Below are positions 16,035-32,999 of a DNA stretch of 64,000 nucleotides, piece after piece (the first letter of the stretch is position 1; the number at the start of each line of letters is the position of its first letter). Below the pieces are notes generated by a model that saw only the letters and a list, made by a program, of their open reading frames with translations, was not told the origin of the DNA and searched no databases. A program made the position numbers and the translations under genes. The stretch comes from Piromyces finnis finn (Eukaryota; Fungi; Neocallimastigomycota), in assembly GCA_002104945.1 (NCBI GenBank), contig MCFH01000018.1, forward strand, positions 248,001-312,000, read 5' to 3'.

Positions 16035-17122
16035 ATGGTGTTGTCAATAGAACAAAAAGTGGAATATCTTAATAAACTACTTGAAAGTAACAATGAAACA
16101 GCCAAAGATATAAAAGATAATCTTGAAAGAATGGAAGTATATATATCAATGTTATTTTATTATATTTGAATTATACATACACAAATGTATACTTTTTATA
16201 TATGAAGATTTGAACTTGCATAAAATTATATTATTATAAAATAGTGTCAACTTTATTAAAATCAAAATATATTATACCTCAACATTTTAATTAGGGAATA
16301 ATAACAAATAGAATTGCAACGACGGCTTCATTATCACCATCAATTGGTGATACAGGCCCAACTCAAGGTATAAAAATTTAAAATAAAAATTATATTTAAA
16401 ATAAAAAACCTAGTTAAAGTCTCAAATAAAAATAAAAGTGAAATTCCAAACTTACAAAAAAAAAAAAAAAATTCATAATTTATTAAACATTCAATTTACA
16501 TAATAGATATTGATGAGAAATACATAGATCTTTCTAAAGAAAACCAAATGCTTAATCAAGTAGTTAAGGACTATGAATCGACACTTGATATCATTATGAA
16601 TAAATATAGACTTCAATCAGTAATAGAAAAAAAATATGAAATTTATTATGCATAAAATAAACAAAAAAAATATTAATTTAATATACTCAATATAAAAATA
16701 TATTTTAGAAAACAATGCAATCAGAAAAACAAAATCTTCAACTTAAATTTGAAATTGAAATATCTAAAGAAAAGGTATTTAATGTAATTTTATATATTCT
16801 AAACATTTAATTTGCTGATAAATATATACATATATATACTTTTTTTTTCTCCTTTAAAAAGAGTTATGTACAAAATCTTTTGAAAGAAAATAAGGAATTA
16901 CAAGAAAAATTAGATCGTTGTATCTTTGTAATGAGAGAAGCATTATCAGCAAGTGAAGAAAATGATAATGACAATGAATTCTTAATTCAAAGTTTAATAA
17001 ATGAAAATAATGGCTTGAAAAATATTCTTGAAATTAATCAAATCTATGACATATCAAATAATGACGTTATTCAGTATAATTCCGAACAAGAATTGAAAAA
17101 AGAGTCACAAGATAATAAATAA
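16035..17122 (+). CDS. Small coiled-coil protein, SIKE/FGFR1OP2-like (putative STRIPAK subunit); 5 exons
   Basis: The stitched exons give ENQMLNQVVKDYESTLDIIMNKYRLQS, LDRCIFVMREAL and LINENNGLKNIL. These resemble the SIKE-family motifs as I recall them (HQSALELIMSKYREQM, VMRKAI, LELENKGLREIL). Confidence 0.7.
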
Positions 17123-17452
17123 AATTAATAAATGATTAATCTTTTATTTTTTTCACTTTGAAAATAGAAAGCTTATATAATATAATGTTATATAATTCAT
17201 TCATTTATTATATTATTATAATGAAATGAAAATATATTATTTATCAATTATAAATATTTAAATATAAAAATATATTAAAGATATTATTTTATTTTGTTTT
17301 ATATAACAAAATATTTTATATTTATAATAAAAATATTATTTTGTTTTATCTGTATTTCTTACTACATCTTTCAATTAAAAATATTTTGAATATTAAAACT
17401 TCAATAAATAATAAATATTAAAAATTTGATTTATAATTTGTAAAAAAATATA

Positions 17453-17471
17453 TTGGCCAATAATAACCAAT
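17453..17471 (+). promoter_or_regulatory. Two adjacent CCAAT boxes about 110-120 nt upstream of the CysRS ATG
   Basis: The sequence tattggccaataataaccaatc lies in an otherwise almost G/C-free spacer. Confidence 0.25.
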
Positions 17472-17576
17472 CATGTACTAATGTGTATTATTTTGATTTT
17501 ATACCAATTTTATTTTAAAAAATAAAAACATATAATAATTGATTATATTTAATATATAAAACAAAGTAATCTAAAA

Positions 17577-20500
17577 ATGTCTGTAAAACAACCAACTTGG
17601 TATAAACCAAGTAGTACACAACCAAAATTAAAAGTTTATAATACTTTTACCCACGAAAAAGTATGTTTTTTTTTTAAAAAATAATTAAAATATAAAGTTT
17701 TTTTTTATTAGAATAAATATATATTAATATTATTAAAATAATCAAGGATGAATTTATTCCAGCAAATGGTAATGTAGTTAATTGGTACTGTTGTGGTCCA
17801 ACTGTATATGATGCTTCTCACATGGGTCATGCTAGGTAAATATAAAATTAATTTAATATTATTACTATTACAATAATAATTGAAAATACCTTAATAAACG
17901 TTTTAATTGCATTGTATTATAAAACAAAGAACCTTCATTACTTTTGATATTTTAAGAAGAATTATGCAAGATTATTTCAACTATGATGTTAATTATGTTA
18001 TGAATGTTACTGATATTGATGATAAGGTATATACATAAGAAAATATAAAATCAAATTTATAATTTTACTAATTGTCATTATCATTATTATCAAATAATTT
18101 AATTTATTTAAATGATATTAAATGTATATTAAACTATAATCGAAATATTAGATTATTCTTAGAGCTCGTCAAACCTTTTTAGTTAATCAAAAGAAGGAGC
18201 AATCTAATCAATTAACTAATGAACTTGTTAATGAAATTGAAGGTTATTTATTAGAATACATGAAAAAACAATTTAATGAATTCTTAAATACAAGCAAGAA
18301 TACCGAAGTTACATCTATAAATGACATTACTAAATTCAATAAAGAAGATTTTAAGTCTTTAGATAATCTTGAAAAGAGGGCTAAACTTTCAATGTATTAT
18401 GACATAGCTGTACGTTTTATAAAGAAGAAATAAAATAATATTTTAAACATTCAAAATCAATTGTATTATATTAATAAAAATATTATTAAAATAGTTCGAT
18501 TCTTTCAAAGGTATTGAAAAAGCTAAAGAAAATATCAATAATAATCAAATTTCCAAAGAAAATGCTGGTGAATTAGTTGAATCTTCCAGAGGTGTTGTTG
18601 GTATTGCTTTAGATGCTGTTGTAAGGATATATTTTAAAAAAATAGAAACATTTATTATAAATATATAAGCTATGTAAGTAAAAATATTTTAATTAATTTA
18701 AAATTGTATATGTATTTTATAGCATGGTGCTGAAGTTACTGATCCTAAGGTTTTCCGTGAATTAGCTGCTTACTGGGAAAATGAATTTTTCAACGATATT
18801 AAAGATCTTAATGTAAATAAATAAATATTAAATAAAATAATACAATTTTTGATGTATAACATTTTTTCATATTACAACTTAAAATAAGATCTTATATCCA
18901 GATTTTGTTACTCGCGTTAGTCAATTTGTTCCAGAAATTGTTGATTTTATACAGAAAATTATTGACAATGGCTATGGGTAAATATTAAGTTAAATAATTA
19001 ATTTGTTGAAAATAAAATACAAAAAATCAAGTTGTTAAATTTTTACTATTATAATAAAATATATAAGTTATGAATCAGAAGGTTCAGTATATTTTGATAC
19101 TGTTGCTTTTGATAACAGTCCAAACCATGATTATTGTAAATTAGCTCCATGGTCCAAAGGTGATACTAAATTAATGGAAGAAGGTGAAGGATCATTAGGT
19201 ATTAAGTTAGGTGGTAAGAAGAATCCAGCTGATTTCGCTTTATGGAAAAAATCTAAACCAGGAGAACCACAATGGCAATCTCCATGGGGATTTGTAAGTA
19301 TTTTTTATAAAAAAAATTTTTATATATATTTAAAAAATTAAATATTATAATTAATATATAAATAATAGGGTCGTCCAGGTTGGCACATTGAATGTTCTGT
19401 AATGGCTAGTAGAGTATTAGGTCCTAACATTGATATTCACAGTGGTGGTATCGATTTAGCATTCCCTCATCATGATAATGAAATTGCACAATCAGAAGTA
19501 TATATATATATTTTTTTTATTTTTTATAATTATTATTAATGGATGTTTTTGATACCTTGAAATATGTTAAAGAAATAAATATTTTAATCACTTAAATATC
19601 CTATAAAAATGTGAGATTCTCTGATTAAATTGTTTAAGCTACTACAATTTATTTCGTGTTTGCCTCACAATATTCAATTTTAATATTAATATTATTATTA
19701 ATAAAACTATTATTTCATTTATTAATAATGATTTATTTTAATAATTTCATTTAGGCTCACTTTGATAACAAACAATGGATGAACTATTTCCTTCATGCTG
19801 GTCACTTACACATTGACGGTCAAAAAATGTCAAAGAGTTTAAAGAATTTTGTCACAATTCAAGTAAATATATATATTTATATAAATATTTTTAATTAAAA
19901 CTTTTTAATATTTACAAATAATTGATATATTATATATTATTGTATTATTATTTAAAAACTAATATTTTAGGAAGCTCTTAAGAATTACACTGCTAACCAA
20001 ATTAGATGGATGTTCTTATTACATGCTTGGGATAGTGTTTTAGATTATAAAGACAGCACAATGACTGAAGCTATTTCTGTTGAAAGAACATTTAATGTAA
20101 ACATTTTATATTATAAATATAAAAATTAAAAATATAATAATAAATAATAAATATTTTTTTTAATTTTTTTAATTTAAACTTAGAATTTCTTTGTTAATGT
20201 TAAAGCTATCATTAATGAACAAAAGAGCAAAGCTAAAGAATTTACTGCTGATAATAACTATACCAACCTTGAAGATGAATTATTCCAAAAGTAAATATTC
20301 TTGAATTATTAAATATTAATAATAAAATGTAATTATATTTATTAATATATATATATATAGCTTAAAGCAATGTCAAAACGCTGTTAATGCTGCTTTATGT
20401 GATAACTTTGATACTGTTTCTGCTGTTCAAAATATGCTTGATCTTATTTCAAAGGTCAATGTATACATTACTCAAAACGGTAAACAAAAGAAAGAAGCTA

Positions 20501-21295
20501 ACATTCAAGTTTTAGGTAAAATCGCTAGATTCATTACTAAAATGATTAAGTGCTTCGGTTTAACTCCAGATACTGATGCCCCAATTGGTTTTATTGATAC
20601 TTCAAGTGTTGGAGGAAACGTAAATATAAATTAATTTTAATAAAAAGACACAAATAATCATTAGAAATAACAAATTAAAAAAAAATTTTTTTTAAATATT
20701 TAGAAAGAAGAAATTGCTATGCCATATCTTCAAGTTTTATCAAAGTTTAGAGATAATGTTAGAAACCTCGCTATTAATAAGAAAGGTAATTAATATATAA
20801 AAATTAAAATAAAATATTATAAATATTTAAGAAAATCTATTAAATTTGATATACATTTTATTATTAATAGATCATAAAGAACTTCTTATGTTATGTGATA
20901 AATTAAGAGATGAAGATTTAGTTGATCTTGGTATTAGTTTAGATGATCGTGATGATGGTGTTGCATTAGTTAAATTTGTCGATCGTGAAACTTTAATTAA
21001 ACAAAGAGAAGAAAAATTGGAAAAGGAAAGACAAAAGAAATTACAAAAGGAGGCTAAACAAGCTGCTGCTGCCAAAAAACGTGCTGAAAAGTTAGCTAAG
21101 GGTAAAACTCCACCAAATGAATTGTTTAAGACTGAAGAATACAAAAAATTATATTCTGAATGGGATGAAAATGGTATGCCAACTAAGGATATTGAAGGTA
21201 AAGAAATATCAAAAAGTGCTGCTAAGAAGTTAACAAAACTTTACAACAACCAAGTTAAATTACATGAAGAATACAAGAAATCTCTTGAAGCTTAA
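17577..21295 (+). CDS. CARS: Cytosolic cysteinyl-tRNA synthetase; 15 exons / 14 GT-AG introns
   Basis: [18 protein letters not shown] (HIGH motif), [52 protein letters not shown] and a eukaryotic C-terminal extension. Confidence 0.97.
19540..19672 (+). ncRNA. Intronic box H/ACA guide RNA (sno/scaRNA) in CysRS intron 9; predicted targets U2 psi34/35 and U6 psi40
   Basis: Hairpin 1 (GGATGTTT/AAATATCC lower stem, TTGAAATAT/ATATTTTAA upper stem), H box ATAAAA at 19603-19608, hairpin 2 (GTGAG/CTCAC, ATTAAATTGT/ACAATTTATT) and ACA at 19667-19669. The pockets lie about 14 nt from the boxes. Confidence 0.75.
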
Positions 21296-21940
21296 ATTCA
21301 ATAAAATATGAATAAATTTAAACAAAATATAAACAAAGTAATTTTAGTCGATTTATTAAATAAATTAAATTATAGTAATAATATCATGTTAAAAAAAAAA
21401 AAAAAAAATAGAATTATTTATTTATTGAATTATAAAAATTTATAATACAAGAAAATGCTAAAAATTTTATGTAAAAAAAATTAAACAACATTATTTTAAA
21501 AATAATCAAATTGAAAAGAAATCATAATAATAAAAATAAAAGCAAATATAAATATGAAAGTATTTAAAGGATAAACCTTAATTTAAAATAATAATTAATT
21601 TAGCAAAATATATAATAATATATATAATTATTATATATTTGTTTTAATATTTAAAATATTTGTACAACCTTTAATATATTAAAATTTATTTTTATAATTA
21701 ATAAGATAGTTGGTTTATATTAATTATTACATTTTTTATTTACTATATGGGAAAGATTATATATGATGGGTATATGTTTATTGCCTATTAAGTACAATAA
21801 ATGCTTTTGAGAACAAAGATATAAATCATTGGTAAAAATAAATATTAAAAAATAGAGAAAAATAAAATATTCTAATAGCATATCTATATTTTATAGTTAT
21901 AACATTTAATTAAATAAAGTTTCATATATAATTGATATAA

Positions 21941-25424
<3,484 letters not shown>

Positions 25425-26009
25425 ATTATTCTATTAAATAACAACTTTGAAATAAAATAAAATAAAATAAAAAACAAACAAACAAAAAAAAAAAAAAAAA
25501 ATAAAGTCAAATAAATTAATTGCTAATATAATACAAAGATAATAATCTTTATGTTGTTATAATAATTTGATTTGAATATATTAATATGATCTCCGTAACA
25601 TATTTTATTAATATTTATTGAGTAAAAACTTTCTAAATTTCTTCTTTTCTTTTCTTTTTTTTTTTTTTTTTTGATTTTATTTTTTATAAACTTTTGAATT
25701 TCTATTTGATTTAATTTTTGTTTTATTAAAATTATATAATTAAAAATGTGGATTAAATGCCAAAAAAAAAGTTTTATTTATTTTATTTTATTATTTTTTT
25801 TTTTTAATTAAAATTAATTAATTTTATTAATGTTTGTAATGTAATAATATATTAAGATTTCTATATAGTAATTTAAATTGAAAAAAAAAAAAAATAATAA
25901 TAATAATAATAATAGTTATGATAAGATTTTGATGTAATGTATTATGTTTTATGTTGTATATTTATTCATTTTTATATTATTATTAAATAAATTGTCATTT
26001 AATATTTAA

Positions 26010-29000
26010 TTATAATATATTTTTCTTATTTAATAAATAATTTAATTTTTCAAATACCACCGATACTTCATATTTGTCTTTATTTCTGCAAGCACTATTA
26101 TATAAATTATTAAAAAAATAAATATAAATAAAAAATCAATTTTAAAATTTTAATAATAGAGTGTATATATGAATTTATTAGAGGTAATACAAACTTTGTA
26201 AAAGTCGTTAAAATATTATCAGTTTCTTCTTTTGTTAAATCTGGATAATTTAACAGTTCTTCTTTAATAAAATCTAATAAATCTTCATTTGAATTTTCAT
26301 AAATTTGTTCTAATAATGAAGCAAACTCTTGAGCTATATCAGTTGATAAAAAGTCCTCGATGTTTTTTATATATATATTAAGTATGGTTTTTATTACATT
26401 TTTAATTGCTTGATAGTTAATATATCCGGATAAAACATTGACATTATAATTATTAAAAATTTCAGAATAGAATTCTATTATTTCATAATTTACTTTTAAG
26501 TCATTTAAATATAAACTTTTGGAAGAAAGTTCTAAAATTTGAGGTATTAAACTATGTTCATGAAAGATGTATGAAGGACTTTCAATTATGATTTGATTAC
26601 ATAAATGGAAATAATCTTCTAACGCTAAAATATTAATTTTATTTATTAATATATATATTGAATATTTATATAAAATCATTAGAAAAAAAAATATATATAT
26701 ATATATATATTTATTAAATGAAGTAATTATAAAAATTAATTATACTTTGAATATTTTTCATTATATCGTTTTCATTGAGTAAAAATATAACTTCCGTAAA
26801 TTTTTGAAATATTGATAATAAAAAGTTGTAAATTTCATCCTTCGATTCATTCATATATAATCTTATGCTGTGAGTGAATAGCCAGATATAACAATTATAT
26901 TTTGTATATTTATAATTTATTACTATTTGTTCTAATAAGTTTTTTATAGTAGGGAATATATCAAATGAACATGAATTCATAATATCAATATAGCAATTAC
27001 AAATCTCTTCTATTATTTTTTCATCATTTTGAAAAACTTCTAAAATATGTTTTAAAATTGGATGATAATTATTATAAAGCTCAATAATAGGATTAAATTC
27101 ATTAATACTATTATTTTGCTCAAGTTTCATGGATAAAAAGAGTGACATATACGATAATATATCTATTTCAATAAAACATTCAAGTTATAAAAATAATTAT
27201 AATTAAATTACTAAAATTTTATTGATAATATAATCAATAATAGTACATTAATTACAAATTAAAAATTTAATAAATACCTTGTATATCATATGCTATTATG
27301 TCTATATTATTATTTGGATTATTAATGTAATCAATATTACTTATTTGTTGTAACTTTTCGATTAATGGAAAGTTTAATTTATTAAGATAATAATTTATTT
27401 TATCTCTTGGTAAATGGATTATAATATTACAAAGTGATTTAATTAAATCGTAAATATCTTGGTAATTAAAAATATTTATCGCTTTCATATAAAAATTATA
27501 AAAATCTTCCAGATAAGCTATTAAATACTAAGATTTTGTTTTAAATTAATTTATTTTAATAAAACACATAAAATTTAACTGATATATTTATTTACTTACC
27601 ATTCCACAATATTCAGTAAATTTTAGTAAAGAGTATAATCCTTGATATCTATTATCTTCATTTTCAATAAAAGAAATTAAAAAATTTAACTGTTCTTCAA
27701 TTTTGATTTTATTATTAAAAGAATACTCCGATAAATCTCCTATTATTTTTATAACTATTATTTTTATATTATCACTATTTGGAAGATATGGTATCAACTT
27801 TATTATTTCTTTTACTATATTTTGATGATTACTATTTAGATTAAATATAATAGAATTGAAATAAAATAACTGAACTTCTATATCTTTAAGAGTTTCACTT
27901 TTAAATTCACCTTGTTCATTTTTCAAGGTTAAATTATTTTTTAATGATTCGTTTAACATAGTTAAAAAGTTATAATCATTTAACATTAAAAAACAGTTTT
28001 GAAGCATTATTTCAATAATTTCATATGATATATCATCAGTATTATTATTTGAAATTAATTTATATAAATTTAATGTTTTTTCTTGGAGAATATTATATGC
28101 TTCTAAAAATTGTGGTTTATATTGTTGATAGCCTATATTATTTAATTGTTCTTGTAACATTGTCCAAAATCTATATGTAATTTCAATACTATCTGGATAA
28201 ATAGTATAAAAATCAATTAATGAAGAAATAATAAATTGAAAATTATTATAATTTTCAATAATTGTATATATGTTATATTCGGAATATGTTTCAAATAATA
28301 AATTAAATATTAAAAGTGAATCAGTTGAACTAATTTCTTTTATATGTTTTGAAATTTCAAATATAGTTGGGGTAATAAAATTTAGAAGTTTTTTATTTAT
28401 GTCTGACGAAGAGGATGATTGAATTATTAATTCATTTATAATATTTCCAATAACTTCATCAACATCACTGTTTACTAATTCAGATAGTATATAGTTTATC
28501 AGTGGAGAATCTAATATATAATTTGGTCCGATTAATTTATATTTTATCCAATTATAAATACAATTATTAATATTTGACTTAAGTTTAGTATTATTATCTA
28601 ATAAAAAATAATAAGAAAAAATAAAATATTTAATTAACAGTCATTTTTGTTTAATTAATTATTATTCTTATTTAATATTCTATTTTTTAATTATTACAAG
28701 ATTTACTAGTATAATATGATAACAATCCTAAGATATTATTTAAAATATTATTGATTAAAGCTTTTTCTTTCATTTTTAATCTTTCGTCCTGTTACAAGTG
28801 TTATTATCGTTTAAGTTTTTAATTATTATTATTTTAAAACAGTTAGTTTCAACTGGTATAATCTTTTAAATTATAATATTTATATATTTCGACATTACTC
28901 CGAGCTTTAGTTGTTTATTATTTAATTCTTCGGGTATATATGCTAAAAATTGAAAAAGAATACTAATCATATCTGAATCTCTTTCAAAAAGTTCAAATAC

Positions 29001-29193
29001 TTCTTGAATTGGATTATTCCATTCATCACATAAAATAGCTAAATCAGCTAATGATAAGCATAGTTGAATTATAATTGGATTGGGTTTATCTCTATTGGTA
29101 TATAATAAATCAATTATTGAATTTTTTAATTCAATTGCATTTTGATTTAAATCCTGTAATTCATATATAATCTTGTTATATTTATATCAAAAA

Positions 29194-29227
<34 letters not shown>

Positions 29228-29434
29228 TATTATGTATTAATTAATAAGTATAATTAATATTATTTTTAATTAATATACCTTTTGTCTTAAAGTTTGTGAA
29301 GAAAATAATTTTAAATTAAGATTTTCTTCATTACTTTTTAATATTTCTATTGACATATACCAAGCATTATTCTTAATTATAATTATAATAATAATAATAA
29401 ATTAAAAGATTTTATTAAAGTCTTGCTATTTCAT

Positions 29435-29489
<55 letters not shown>

Positions 29490-29696
29490 TTTGTTTGTTT
29501 GTTTGTTTGTTTGTTTGTTTGTTTATTTGTTTGTTTATTGAAAATAAATAAATATTTTTGTTTATAATACCGTTTTTCTGTAGTCTTCTAACCATTTTAA
29601 TTTATATTTATATGAATCATAATTGTTCGAATTATCAATTGAATTTAAAATTTCCAATAATTGATTATAATTGTTATTAAAATTACTTAGATTCAT
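26010..29696 (-). CDS. MTR10: Importin-beta family nuclear import receptor, Mtr10/transportin-SR (TNPO3)-like; multi-exon, 3' end approximate
   Basis: Stitched N-terminal exons read NAWYMSIEIL...LFSSQTLRQKIIYEL...IIIQLCLSLADLAILCDEW...FQFLAYIPEE, followed by ITYRFWTMLQEQL and EDYFHL. The track ORFs 27588..28160, 27267..27488, 26714..27148 and 26110..26679 are its exons. Confidence 0.8.
29433..29539. repeat. Compound (ATTT)n-(GTTT)n tetranucleotide microsatellite in the first MTR10 intron
   Basis: Seen directly in the sequence. Confidence 0.95.
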
Positions 29697-30226
29697 CTCC
29701 TTTAAATAATTGTTTATATATATATATATAGTAATAAGAATAAAAAAAAATAGAGTAATATTATATATTACACAAATATTTTATTATAAAATAATCAAGA
29801 TTTTATTTTGTAATACTATTTTTTATGTATTAATTATTTTCATTATTACCTTTAAAACTAAAAAAGTTATTGGAACAAAAATATAGGTAAAAATTACATA
29901 TTCATCAAATTGTCACTTTTTTTTTTATAATTAATTATTCAATTTATTTCTATTTTTTGAGAATGCAGTTTTTTGTAGATAATTAATCAATATATGTAAA
30001 TAAATTAATTAATATATCAATTAATATAATTTATTTATTCTATAATATAATATTTTAAATTAAAAGATATACTTAATATATTATAAACATTAGAAATAAA
30101 AATTAAAGATTACTATTTATTAATAATTAATTACACAAAATACATATTTTTCCTTAAAAAATTATCTGAATAATAATTTAATAAAAATAAAATAGTTTAT
30201 AAACATTGGATCAAATAATATTGACA

Positions 30227-30906
30227 ATGGATGAAGATTACACCCTCGAAGATATGGGTGATAAGCAAACTCTCTTACAAGGGAAATCTTTTGAAGAAAA
30301 AAAAGTTGAAGAATTAAAACCTAATTTAAGAAAAGTAAATAAATAATTCTTCAATAAATTTATTTTTATAACTCTCCAAACAAATAAAAAACATAAGAAG
30401 AAAAAAATATAATTTTAACTTAAAAGTAATTTATTATGAAATTCTAATTATATTTTGTAATAAAATGATATATTATATCTGCACGCATAATAAAGGATAT
30501 ATGGGATTTTATATTGTTGGTAATATTATATTTCCTTCAAGGTATTCCACTAGGTTTAGCTTTAGGTTCATTACCATTTTTATTAAAATCCAAAATGACT
30601 TACAGTGATATGGCTATTTTTTCGATTACAAATTATCCATATTCTATGAAAGTAAATATTTTATTTTATTTAATCCAATTATTAAATCCTAAATTCAATT
30701 GAATTAACATATATTATCATAAATAATAATTATAATAATAAACCGAAATTTATTAAAATAGCTTCTTTGGTCACCTATTGTTGATTCCTTCTTCAATAAA
30801 AATATCCTTTTTATTAAATTAATATTAAATGTTTAATAATATATATAATTTTAAATTTATTTTTTGATTAAATCTTTAATTTATTATTTTAAAAATATTT
30901 AATATC

Positions 30907-30938
<32 letters not shown>

Positions 30939-32868
30939 CTTTTAATTTATTTATTTTTGTAATATACAATTTGGAAGACGTAAGAGTTGGATTGTTCCTA
31001 TTCAATTATGTTCTTCATTTTTTATGTTTTTCTTTGGAGGGATAATTAATGATAAAATGGATGAAAAAAAGATACCAATTGGTTTTATAACTGCATATTT
31101 CACTATAATGGTTATTTTGAGTGCAACTCAAGATATTGCATTAGATGGTATTTATATTTTATATTATTTTAATTTAGTTTGAATTTAATTAAGAAATTCT
31201 ATTAACAAATTTCTAATTAAATTTTTTAGGATGGGCACTTGAATTATTATCCAAAGGTAAAATAAATAATTAATTTTTTTCCAATATAAAGAATTGATTA
31301 TATTAAATAATTCCAAAATAAAAATAAAGAAAATCTTAGTTATGCTTCAACAGCTCAAACTGTTGGATTAAACACTGGTCAGTTTTTAAGTTCAACAGTA
31401 TTTTTAGCCTTTAACAGTGCAGAATTTAGTAATAAATATTTACGTTCAAAGCCATCTGAATATGGAGTACTTCAATTAGGACCATATTTAAAATTTTGGG
31501 CAGTATGTTATTTCCTTGTTACATTATATTTAATTGTAATCAAAAAAGAAAAGATCTGCTATGATGTTATTGAAAGTATAAAAGAAGTTTATAAAATCAT
31601 GTGGAAAGTTATAAAATTGCCAAGTAAATATATAGAAATAAAAAAAATCTAATATTAAATATAATTTAAAGATAATAAATTATCATATAAACTTATTACA
31701 AAATATTTATATATAACTTATCAATAATTTTAAATTAACAATAATTAAAATAAAATAATAATATTAATGCCAATTATACAAAAAGGAATGAGATCATTTA
31801 TTGTTCTTCTATTTATTGCAAAAATTGGATTTGTAACAAACGATGCTGTAACCTCATTAAAATTATTAGAAAAAGGATTTAAGAGAGAAGATTTATCAGT
31901 AACGGTATGTTTATCAATGTAGAAAATAACATTTTTCTTTATATTTAATAATAAAATTAAATTTTATTATATATGTAACATATCTTGAAAGGTTTTAATT
32001 GATTTCCCATTACAAATCATATTTGGTTATTATGCCGCAAAATGGAGTTCAGGAAAAAGACCCTTAAGACCTGTAAAATCACGCATTATAAATATAATTA
32101 TTTATAGTTTAATAGTATTAAGTATTAAATCATTGTATACTGAATTTAGTGGATGTGGGCTTTTTACGGTAGAATAGCAGCAGCTATATTAGCTATGTTT
32201 GTTGTAAAATTCTTTAGAATTCCTGAAAATGGTGAGATTTCATCAGGATACTTTATTTTAATTATTTTAAGTACTGTGTTATCATCATTTATGTCAACTG
32301 TACAATTTGTAAGCATTGGTTGTTTCTTTGCAAGAATTGCTGACCCAACAGTTGGTGGAACTTATATGACTTTATTAAATACTTTAAGTAATTTAGGTGG
32401 AAGTAAGTAAACAAAAATAGTAATAACAAAAATAATAGTTTTCATTATATTAAATAGTATATTAACATTATTATTTTTTAGCATGGCCAAGACCATTGAT
32501 TTTAGAAGGAGTGGATGTATTAACAGATTATGGAGAATGTCAAGGATTATCATCTGATATCCAAGGTATAATACTATTATAATTACATATTTTCGAGTAT
32601 AAATAATTATTAATATATTATATTTTGTAAATTTATTAAAAATATAGGTATAACATGTAAAACCTCTGATGGTAGACATGATTGTATATCAAATGGTGGC
32701 CAATGTGAAATTATATCAGATGGTTATTATAATATAAGTATAGTATGTATAATTTTAGCATTGCTTTCATTATTCTTATTTATCAAAAAAGAAGTAAGAA
32801 ATCTTGAAACAACACCAAAACATTATTGGGAAATTCCAAAAGATAAGGATGAAAAAGAAAAAGATTAA
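30227..32868 (+). CDS. SLC33A1: Acetyl-CoA transporter (SLC33A1/AT-1, MFS); 11 exons including one AT-AC intron
   Basis: LYFLQGIPLGL, YPYSMKLLWSPIVDS..FGRRKSWIVP, ATQDIALDGWALELL, YASTAQTVGLN, VGGTYMTLLNTLSNLGG and C..DGYY are present. Confidence 0.93.
30802..30967 (+). other. U12-type (minor spliceosome) AT-AC intron, 166 nt
   Basis: 5' end ATATCCTTT, 3' end ...AATATAC and a branch-like TTCTTTTAAT at ~30937-30946. Removal gives the in-frame sequence DSFFNK-K-FGRRKSW. Confidence 0.88.
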
Positions 32869-32964
32869 AAAAAATAAATAAAATTGTAAAATAAAATATT
32901 TTATTACAAATAGATTATAAATAATATAATATTAATATTTCATAAATATAAAAAATAATAAATA

Positions 32965-32999
<35 letters not shown>

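Noticed and set aside
28789-28895. Hairpin (CAGTT/AACTG with flanking A/T stem) in an MTR10 intron
   Set aside because: It is a single short hairpin with no H/ACA or C/D boxes, and the flanking exons join in frame without it.
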